DNA of 13,342 nucleotides, taken from contig CAZZDL010000006.1 in NCBI GenBank assembly GCA_964652335.1, forward strand, positions 19,954-33,295. Direction: 5' to 3'. The notes beneath the pieces were generated by a model. The model did no database searches and was not told where the DNA came from. It worked only from the letters and a program-made list of their open reading frames with translations. The stretch's first letter is position 1, and every line of letters starts with the position of its first letter. This stretch comes from Candidatus Micrarchaeota archaeon. GTDB taxonomy: Archaea; B1Sed10-29; WALL01; WAMD01. Below are positions 6,539 through 13,342 of this stretch, piece by piece. Made by a program: the position numbers and the translations under genes.

Positions 6539-6805
6539 ATGGACAACTCTAAAGAGAAGTATGAAATTTGCAAAAAGATAACTGAAGATGCTCTTTCTAA
6601 GCTAGAGTCAGATAATAGTGAACTAGCAAATACATATCTAGACTTCATTCACCGCTATGTATCAGATGCCGAATACTACGCAAAGAAAAACATGTATGCC
6701 ACTGCACTTGAAGCTATTGCATATGCACATGGATTCATAGATGCTGGTGTGATTGCTGGTGTGTTTAAGATCCCAGGCTATCATCTGGAAGACATAAATT
6801 CCTAA
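6539..6805 (+). CDS. DUF357 domain protein
   Basis: Y.SDA.YY..K.....ALEAIAYAHGFIDAG...GVF pattern; 88 aa, helical. Confidence 0.85.
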   Translation: MDNSKEKYEICKKITEDALSKLESDNSELANTYLDFIHRYVSDAEYYAKKNMYATALEAIAYAHGFIDAGVIAGVFKIPGYHLEDINS

Positions 6806-6849
6806 TAGCTTTGAGAAACCAATTAAAAGAATTCAATCGTTAAATTACT

Positions 6850-7419
6850 ATGAAATTTACATTGGCGGATAAGATATCTATCCTTAGAGTGATCTTAATA
6901 ATACTGGCTATTCTAATGTTGTACTTCGGGGATAATCTGATTAAACTAAGCTCTGCCATACTGATTGTTCTCGGCTTTCTGCTTGATTGGGTGGACGGAT
7001 GGATAGCCAGAAGGTTCAAACAAGAAAGGCCGATTGGAAGCATGATAGATGTAATTGCAGATAGACTCAGTGAATATCTCCTTTGGATATTCTATTTAGG
7101 AATGGGTGTTATCCCAATATGGGCGCCTTTGATAGTTATCCCAAGAGGTGTTCTTACAGATTTCATAAGAAGTCAAGCTACTGCAAAGGGAATATCCGTC
7201 TATGAACTGCCAAAGTCAAGAATTGCTAAGTTCCTTGTGAAGAGTAGATTCATGCGGGGACTTATTGGGCTCTCAAAGCTTTGCCTGTTCACAGTCCTTG
7301 CAATGGAGCTGGGTGGACTTAATCTAGGAGTATCCTATGCTCTAGTAGTGCTAGTGGTAATACTAAATGTTCTGAGAGGGTTACCAGTTATCCTAGAAGC
7401 TAAAACTATCTTGAGCTAG
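6850..7419 (+). CDS. CDP-alcohol phosphatidyltransferase family protein
   Basis: Complete family motif DxxDGxxAR...GxxxDxxxD (DWVDGWIARR...GSMIDVIAD) in a hydrophobic protein. Substrate not assignable. Confidence 0.92.
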   Translation: MKFTLADKISILRVILIILAILMLYFGDNLIKLSSAILIVLGFLLDWVDGWIARRFKQERPIGSMIDVIADRLSEYLLWIFYLGMGVIPIWAPLIVIPRGVLTDFIRSQATAKGISVYELPKSRIAKFLVKSRFMRGLIGLSKLCLFTVLAMELGGLNLGVSYALVVLVVILNVLRGLPVILEAKTILS

Positions 7420-8065
7420 GCCTGCCAAATATCCCAAACCTGGCCTGGATAGCGGCCAAAGCTCCAAGGGCTACGGTTAGATATACGGGCTGCCTATTAC
7501 ATACTACCCTAGTTTTTCCTTTCTCAAGGTGTTCTCTAAACTCTTCCAAGTCTCCAACATTTGCTTCTAGATACGCCAAACCCACCTGCCAAGGAAAATG
7601 TGCATCAGAACCAGCGGTCATAATCTTTCCATACTCCTTGGCAATATTATAAGCTTTCCTATTGTATTTGTCCATTTTCACTTTTCCGTTACAGACTTCT
7701 ATGCCATCCACATCATTAATAATATCATCAAGCCCCTCAAATGATTTATGAAAATCAAATGGATGAGCTATAACAATAATCCCATCATTCTCTCTGACGA
7801 AATCTAAAGCCTCGTAGAAAGTCATTATTCCTCTCTGACGGAAATCCTCCTCTAGAAAATATCCGAGGACATGACCTCTATCTGTTGAAAATTCTATGCC
7901 TCTAATGGTCCTATCCTTCGGAAAATCTCTCCATGCATATGTTTTTTTGTGATCTGTTACTGCAATCGCGTCTATTCCCTTTTCATCCATAGCCTTCAAT
8001 AGCCTTGACGGTGAATTCATAGAGTCAAGGGAATACCATGTGTGAACATGCATATCTACTCGCAT
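7406..8065 (-). CDS. PHP-family metal-dependent phosphoesterase
   Basis: DMHVHT..S.DS, AVTDH, GIEFST..GH, AHPF, DGIEV.N, GSDAH motifs; 11 bp downstream of trpS. Confidence 0.92.
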   Translation of the reverse strand: MRVDMHVHTWYSLDSMNSPSRLLKAMDEKGIDAIAVTDHKKTYAWRDFPKDRTIRGIEFSTDRGHVLGYFLEEDFRQRGIMTFYEALDFVRENDGIIVIAHPFDFHKSFEGLDDIINDVDGIEVCNGKVKMDKYNRKAYNIAKEYGKIMTAGSDAHFPWQVGLAYLEANVGDLEEFREHLEKGKTRVVCNRQPVYLTVALGALAAIQARFGIFGRPSSR

Positions 8066-8076
8066 GAGACCACCAA

Positions 8077-9162
8077 TCAGAATGGATAGTCAATGTTCTC
8101 TTCAACAAACTTCTCGGCCCTTGCCATCTCCTTATCCTTTTTATGTTGATGTTTCTCCAACCATTTTGTTATTTTCTCTATTAACTGCTTCTTACATTCT
8201 CCACACATTATCTCCCCGGCCCTACACATTCTTTCTCTCTCAGATAGCTTAGCGTCATCGTCCTCAAAGTGATACTTGTACAATTCAAAGATTATACATT
8301 TCTCTGGCTGGCCTCCTAGCTTTTTCTGTTCTTCAAGCGTATTTCTTCCACCCGTCAAAGCATTAGCAACCTTTCGCTTCACAACATCTATTGGTTCGTC
8401 CAGACCAATGTAGCTAGTAGGCTTACTAGAACTCATCTTCCCACCATCTAGTCCTCTTGCAAACCCGTGGTATGTAGCGCTCGGCTTAATGAACCCTATT
8501 CTATCAGCTAGGTCTCTACTTAATCTAATATGGGGGTCTTGATCAGGCCCTACTGGAACTAAAATTTTATGTTTCCCAAAATAATCTGGAAGCTGTTTAT
8601 GAAGGATATCTGAGGCTTGTGTAAACGCAGATATCATTTTTCCTGGAGTCATATTACCGTATATTGCCTCCACCTCTGCAAATGTCATCTTAGATGAAAG
8701 CAAATCAGCTAATCTATAATATGGATTTGATCTGTTGCTCTGCACGTAAATATCTTGAGATGGTTTTAGACCAAGAGCAAATGCATTTGCTAGGTAGCTT
8801 TTTACTGTCTCTTTAACCTTATCCGCATCTATCTTCCTAACAGTCCTAGCCTCAATATCAGCTATAGCAAAAGTTATGGAAATGCCTAAATTCTGATACC
8901 AAACTAGCTGATCTATAACCATCTTGTGACCCAAATGGAATGGGCCAGAGGGCATCATACCAGTTAGAATGGAAACTCTCTTTCCATTTCTAAAATCATT
9001 CCACCATTTGTAAAAATCTCTATGACCAAATATTATCCCTCTTGTAAATAGTTTATTCTCTTTAAGTTTCTCGTCTCTGATTTTCATAGTCTCTATGCCA
9101 AATCCCTTAAACAGCTTTTCATAATCAATTATCTGGGAACTCCAAGGATCCAGTGTCTCCAT
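8077..9162 (-). CDS. trpS: Tryptophan--tRNA ligase (archaeal type)
   Basis: LDPW...DYEKL...FGI, RG.IFGHRD, TG.MPSGPFHLGH (HIGH-type), VPVG.DQDPH.RL.RD, KMSSS, A.TGGR, CGECK; GGAGG SD at 9174-9170. Confidence 0.96.
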   Translation of the reverse strand: METLDPWSSQIIDYEKLFKGFGIETMKIRDEKLKENKLFTRGIIFGHRDFYKWWNDFRNGKRVSILTGMMPSGPFHLGHKMVIDQLVWYQNLGISITFAIADIEARTVRKIDADKVKETVKSYLANAFALGLKPSQDIYVQSNRSNPYYRLADLLSSKMTFAEVEAIYGNMTPGKMISAFTQASDILHKQLPDYFGKHKILVPVGPDQDPHIRLSRDLADRIGFIKPSATYHGFARGLDGGKMSSSKPTSYIGLDEPIDVVKRKVANALTGGRNTLEEQKKLGGQPEKCIIFELYKYHFEDDDAKLSERERMCRAGEIMCGECKKQLIEKITKWLEKHQHKKDKEMARAEKFVEENIDYPF

Positions 9163-9251
9163 TGCTATTCCTCCATACTCTAGCTAACTATTTTAATTCT
9201 TAATGTTATTTAATAAGATTAGTAACAAGGATAAGTGGAGCAGGTGAGGTC

Positions 9252-9836
9252 ATGTTATCAAACATAGACATAATAAGAGCTATAAAAAATGGAGAACTAA
9301 TCATAGAGCCATTTGATGAGAAAATGCTAAAACCAAATGCAATCTCATTCAGGCTAGACAATGTTATAGCCGAAACAATGTCTGGAAGGGTGGATCCCCT
9401 GGAAAATGAAGACGTGTCAAAGCTGTACAAGCTAGTTGAGCTAAAGGAAGGGGAAAAATATGAACTAAAACCTGGTGAGTTTATACTGGCTAGAACCTTT
9501 GAAAGAGTAGGGCTTGGGAACAAGCTAGCCATGATAGTAGAGGGGAGGTCAACCATCGCTAGGCTTGGTATATCTGTAACACAAACAGCTATGGTTATAG
9601 AAGCTGGACACGGATTCCCTGATATACACAGAGCCAAACCTAGAAAGATAGTCCTGGAGATAAGTAACGTCGGTCCTTTCACTGTAAAACTTACTCCTGG
9701 AATGAAGATTGCTAAAGGGACATTGTTTTACTTAGATCACCCAACAGATAAACCATATGATAAATTCGGCAGATACGGGCAAAAGAAAGACTTGGATGAC
9801 TTGCTTCCTGTTCTGGATGGAAATATAAATAAATGA
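9252..9836 (+). CDS. dcd: dCTP deaminase (trimeric dUTPase-like fold), divergent
   Basis: MLS..DI...I..GEL.IEP, L.PGEFILA.T.E.V, EGRST.ARLG, LEISN.GP..V.L.PGM.I; SD-like GGAGCAGGTGAGG upstream. Confidence 0.85.
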   Translation: MLSNIDIIRAIKNGELIIEPFDEKMLKPNAISFRLDNVIAETMSGRVDPLENEDVSKLYKLVELKEGEKYELKPGEFILARTFERVGLGNKLAMIVEGRSTIARLGISVTQTAMVIEAGHGFPDIHRAKPRKIVLEISNVGPFTVKLTPGMKIAKGTLFYLDHPTDKPYDKFGRYGQKKDLDDLLPVLDGNINK

Positions 9837-9855
9837 AAAAGGTACAAAAACTAGT

Positions 9856-11034
9856 ATGAGATGGATAAGAGATAGCTTGTACGGTGATGTAATAATTCCA
9901 GGTTTAATTGAAAAGCTAATTGATACAGAGGCCATGCAAAGATTGAGGCGTTTAAACCAGATTCCATTTGCAAACCTAGTCTACCCTGGGGCGAATCATA
10001 CTAGGTTTGAACATTCCCTCGGAGTATATGCGTTGACAGAAAGGTTCTGTAGATACGCCGATATAGATAGAGAAACAAGTAAAAAATTAATGATCTACGC
10101 ACTTCTTCATGATGTTGGACATTTTGCATTTCCCCATGTCTTAGAAGACATAGTTAAATCAAAAACTGGAATGGGGCATGAAGAATGGGGACAAGAGATG
10201 ATAAAGAAGGGGGAAATAAGAGATATACTACAGGAAAACGGAATTAATCCTGAAGAGATAGCAAGGATCCCAGACGAAAAAATAGGAAAGGCAATAACTG
10301 GAGATCTTGGATCAGATAGGATAGATTACTTGCTAAGAGACAGTAAAAACACTGGAGTTGCATATGGGGCAATAGATGCAGACAGGATAATGAGGAAGCA
10401 ATTGCTGATTAATGGCGAAATCTTCCTAGATAGCTCTGCAATGGCGGCAGCTGAATCAATGCTGATAGGGAGATTCATGATGTTCGCAAATGTGTATAAC
10501 CATAAAACAAGAGCAGCTGCAGCACTAATGATGAAAAAAGCTATAACCTTAGCACTGCGATCTGGGAGTATAACAATAAATGATATCACATCTGGAGACG
10601 ATGCTGGTTTGATGTATATGCTCTTAAACAGTGGGAAAGAAGAGGCAAAAATAGTCTCAGACATTAGGAACAGAAGATTATACAAGCGAGCATTTGAGAA
10701 AAAACTAAAAGAATTTAAAAATTGGTTATTCTTAGGTGGAATAAAATCTGATCAGATAAACCTACTTGAAAAGGAAATTGCAGACAGAGCAGGAGTTGGG
10801 GAAGAAGATATAATTGTTTTTATGCCAAAACCTTGGTTTAAATCACCAGATACAAAGGTGATGTATAATAACAAAGAGTACAAACTTCAAGAGCTTTCAT
10901 TGATACTGAGAATACTCAACGAGGCTCAATGGGATTACATAACCGTGTATGTACTAACTAGGAGGGAACTCGTAGAAAGAGTTAAGCCAGTTGCAGAGAA
11001 AGTTATGAAAGAAATTGAAGAAAGGAGGTTCTAA
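9856..11034 (+). CDS. HD-domain phosphohydrolase, SAMHD1/dNTP triphosphohydrolase-like (COG1078-type)
   Basis: IRDSLYG, QRLRR..Q, VYPGANHTRFEHSLGV, LLHDVGH..F.H, DRIDYLLRDS..TGV.YG, R..M...VY.HK, R.LYK. Confidence 0.92.
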   Translation: MRWIRDSLYGDVIIPGLIEKLIDTEAMQRLRRLNQIPFANLVYPGANHTRFEHSLGVYALTERFCRYADIDRETSKKLMIYALLHDVGHFAFPHVLEDIVKSKTGMGHEEWGQEMIKKGEIRDILQENGINPEEIARIPDEKIGKAITGDLGSDRIDYLLRDSKNTGVAYGAIDADRIMRKQLLINGEIFLDSSAMAAAESMLIGRFMMFANVYNHKTRAAAALMMKKAITLALRSGSITINDITSGDDAGLMYMLLNSGKEEAKIVSDIRNRRLYKRAFEKKLKEFKNWLFLGGIKSDQINLLEKEIADRAGVGEEDIIVFMPKPWFKSPDTKVMYNNKEYKLQELSLILRILNEAQWDYITVYVLTRRELVERVKPVAEKVMKEIEERRF

Positions 11035-11036
11035 AA

Positions 11037-11546
11037 ATGATATCCTTCATTAAAGGCCTTGGGATAGTCACCGGTGGCTTGGTTGGAGAGCTAAATACTA
11101 GGGGGTTTGGAGAAATAAAAGATGGGAAGCTCCTACTATCTCCAGAAGAAGTGCTGTATCTAATGGAAAAAAGAAAAAGGATTAATGTAGAGGATGAAAA
11201 GGGAAAGGAATTGGGGTTTAAAGAAATATTGTCCGCAGCCTCCAGGTCAGACAAAATGTTTCCAATAAAATACCTAGTATACAAAGATCTAAGAGATAGG
11301 GGATACATAGTAAAAACAGGGTTTAAGTTTGGAGCTCATTATAGAGTATATCCAAGGGGAGTAAAACCAGGTGAAGGGCATGCTGCATGGCTTATCCATG
11401 TGATAAAAGAAAACAAAAAAATAGAATTTCCAGAGATATCCAGGTCAGTCAGACTAGCTAATAACGTGAGAAAGAAAATGATTTTTGCAGTTGTAGATAA
11501 AGAGGGTGATATAACATACTATTTAATAGACAGATTCACACCTTAG
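11037..11546 (+). CDS. endA: tRNA-splicing endonuclease, single catalytic unit
   Basis: LS.EE.LYL, YLVYKDLRDRGY.VKTG.KFG, RVY-x9-H (catalytic Tyr/His spacing), VRLA..VRKK (catalytic Lys), VD..GD.TYY; GGAGG SD within the end of the HD gene. Confidence 0.94.
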   Translation: MISFIKGLGIVTGGLVGELNTRGFGEIKDGKLLLSPEEVLYLMEKRKRINVEDEKGKELGFKEILSAASRSDKMFPIKYLVYKDLRDRGYIVKTGFKFGAHYRVYPRGVKPGEGHAAWLIHVIKENKKIEFPEISRSVRLANNVRKKMIFAVVDKEGDITYYLIDRFTP

Positions 11547-11559
11547 TTTCATTTAAGTT

Positions 11560-12666
11560 TCATCTTCTCAAATTATTCCTAAGGTGATTAACACTATCCT
11601 TAATCTTGTTCCATGTAGATACTAGCTTGCTCCTGACCCTCTCATTTTTCTTCACTATTACTGCAAAAGCTATAAGAAATATAACTATAACAGATGCCCA
11701 TTCTGAAGTAGAAAGGAACAAGAACCCTGTAGATAATCTTGTCTTAATCTCAGTAGAATCTATAGGTATCCTCTGCTGAAGCTTCCCATCCACATAAACA
11801 GAAAGACTAATGTTCGTGTTAAAGTTAAATGGTTTAACTACAACTCTGACCACTGCATCCTCTCCAGGAGCAAGAACTGTTTCATCTGGAGAGAATATCT
11901 TTACGTCTACAGGCGCATCCTCCACAGTAAGGAATACTCTATGGGAAGCATTAGAATCAAGGTTTGTAACCCTTGCGTCTAATATTAAACTTTCTTCTCC
12001 ATCTACGTTGTCCATTCCTGTACTCAAATCTACACCTACGTTGTAATTTGAACCAACGCAAACTGTAACCTTCCTTGTTATATTCTCATTTCCATAAACA
12101 GCCGAAAAGTATAAATCCCTGCATCCATCGCTCAGGCCAGAGATAGTATACTGGATTGTTTTAGAAGAATTGGCTGGTAAATCAACAATCTTCCAAAACT
12201 TGTTTTCTCCATCTACGTTTTTGAATAGTATAATAGTCAAATCGTCCTTAGATCGGGTCTTTAGAGTTATCGGAATTGTAATTGTATCAGATGAGGTAGA
12301 TAAAGAGAGGGGTGCAACTATTGTGTAATCTACACTAGAATTGATACTTCTAACTGCGGCTTTCAGGTAATGAGTTTCCTTGTTGCCATTGATATACACA
12401 TCAAGAGCATAAGTTTTTTCCCCAGCTAGATTGGTTGGTGCTTGTATCTTTACCTCTTCACTCTCGCCTGCAGATACTATGACTCTCTTATCAAAACCCA
12501 ACTCACTAGAATACAACCAAACCATTGCGGGCTGACCACAATCGTTGCTTAGATTAACTGTGAAGTAACTGACTTCACCTCTGGCAATACTTAGATTACT
12601 AGTACTAACTGTGAAACACGCACTTGTCAAAGCCATAAGCAATGTTAACAGCACTAATACTCTCAT
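11560..12666 (-). CDS. Secreted, C-terminally membrane-anchored surface protein with probable beta-sandwich (Ig/CARDB-like) domains
   Basis: N-terminal signal peptide (MRVLVLLTLLMALTSA), beta-strand-patterned repeats with L.(P/A)GE/S...V motifs, 7 N-X-S/T sequons, one C-terminal TM helix and a basic tail; ATGA overlap with the upstream gene. The fold is inferred. Confidence 0.75.
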   Translation of the reverse strand: MRVLVLLTLLMALTSACFTVSTSNLSIARGEVSYFTVNLSNDCGQPAMVWLYSSELGFDKRVIVSAGESEEVKIQAPTNLAGEKTYALDVYINGNKETHYLKAAVRSINSSVDYTIVAPLSLSTSSDTITIPITLKTRSKDDLTIILFKNVDGENKFWKIVDLPANSSKTIQYTISGLSDGCRDLYFSAVYGNENITRKVTVCVGSNYNVGVDLSTGMDNVDGEESLILDARVTNLDSNASHRVFLTVEDAPVDVKIFSPDETVLAPGEDAVVRVVVKPFNFNTNISLSVYVDGKLQQRIPIDSTEIKTRLSTGFLFLSTSEWASVIVIFLIAFAVIVKKNERVRSKLVSTWNKIKDSVNHLRNNLRR

Positions 12667-13342
12667 TCCCCCTCTACCTCTTTAGCTATTTCAATCCTGT
12701 AACCAAACTTCTCAAGAGCTATTGCTGAGACACTTACTAGTCCTGCTAGGACTAAAATGACCAAGTAGGCAAGGCTCCCTTCTCTCGCGGCCACTAGGAA
12801 ACCAGTTATCGGTGTTGTTGTGGCGTTTACATTTGTCACATTGGTCTCGTTGCCAGTTGTCTCCGGCATTGAATTCCCTGGTTTCACCTCTTCAGCCGGT
12901 GGTTTCGTAAACTGCACTACTTGTATTGCTGGTGCTGACATTGACTTTATGTCATTAATCGGGATCTTTCCTTCAAATGTATACGTAACTGTAAACGTAT
13001 CTCCGTCCCTTAGTGTGACCCTCCATGCGATTACTGGATCCTCCCTGATTACCTCATCTGGAGCAGGGAATATATTCACATCTTCTAAAGTTTGAGCTAC
13101 GCTCTTTGGAATCTCGTCCACTATCCTGTAAGTTCTTGTTGGACCTACTCCGTGAATTACTAAAGTTACCGTGGTTTCATTTGTGTCTGGATCATAGTCG
13201 TAATTTCTAGCAAGGTCTATTCTTGAATCCTCAAATGTCAATGTGTAAGTTGCCACCCCCTCCTCATGAACTGCTCTCTCAATTGGTTTTGGAGTTGGTG
13301 GATTTGGATTTACCCATCCGCTGCTACCTCCACCACCGCCTC
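12663..13342 (-). CDS. C-terminal part of a larger membrane-anchored surface protein (5'-truncated by window edge)
   Basis: The frame stays open beyond 13256 to the window end (GGGGGSSGWVNPNPPTPKPIERAVHEEGVATY...): Gly/Pro linker, a beta-rich domain (IVDEIPKSVA...EDPVIAW), a Thr/Asn-rich linker with sequons, then a TM helix. Confidence 0.8.
   Translation of the reverse strand, partial: GGGGGSSGWVNPNPPTPKPIERAVHEEGVATYTLTFEDSRIDLARNYDYDPDTNETTVTLVIHGVGPTRTYRIVDEIPKSVAQTLEDVNIFPAPDEVIREDPVIAWRVTLRDGDTFTVTYTFEGKIPINDIKSMSAPAIQVVQFTKPPAEEVKPGNSMPETTGNETNVTNVNATTTPITGFLVAAREGSLAYLVILVLAGLVSVSAIALEKFGYRIEIAKEVEGE

Noticed and set aside
7406..9162. Functional link between trpS and the PHP gene by analogy with E. 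coli trpH/yciV
   Set aside because: The yciV name reflects location near the trp operon, not Trp-related function. Adjacency in a compact genome is not evidence.
12613..12666. Lipoprotein signal (LTSAC) in the 368-aa surface protein
   Set aside because: The -3 residue is Thr rather than the usual Leu/Val/Ile, the protein already has a C-terminal TM anchor, and the Cys could pair with the Cys in NDCG. A standard signal peptide is the simpler reading.
128..13095. Alternative-frame and antisense ORFs in the track (e.g. 128-370, 346-597, 655-1026, 1593-2099, 2092-2784, 2829-3248, 9206-9682, 10326-10685, 11003-11308, 12820-13095)
   Set aside because: They overlap well-supported genes, mostly on the opposite strand, have Ser/Phe/Leu-rich shadow composition, and show no recognisable motifs.

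Overview
Gene-dense, AT-leaning archaeal chromosomal segment. The archaeal call rests on an archaeal-type TrpRS, Dph5, a Trm5-family methyltransferase, tRNA splicing endonuclease EndA, DUF63/DUF357 and GAGGTGA-type Shine-Dalgarno sites. The compact layout, a bacterial-type HU and the surface-protein style suggest a DPANN-like lineage (inference). Left to right: probable 3' end of a tRNA followed by a GC-rich repeat/hairpin element; a small Cys-rich DUF3795-like gene; a minus-strand operon scpA-scpB-[MJ1316/DUF504 + ParB/Srx-like fusion]-ogt; a divergent single-domain KaiC/RecA-superfamily ATPase; trm5; DUF63-dph5; HU with its own expression signals; DUF357; CDP-alcohol phosphotransferase; PHP hydrolase; trpS; a dcd-HD dNTPase-like-endA operon; and two membrane-anchored surface proteins, the last truncated by the window edge. 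The best leads are (i) the MJ1316-ParB/Srx fusion overlapping scpB inside the condensin-subunit operon, (ii) a shared TGFL-x7-TM C-terminal motif in both surface proteins, (iii) an apparently highly expressed bacterial-type HU between dph5 and DUF357, and (iv) the structured repeat after the tRNA. All family calls come from motif recognition by eye; no database searches were run.
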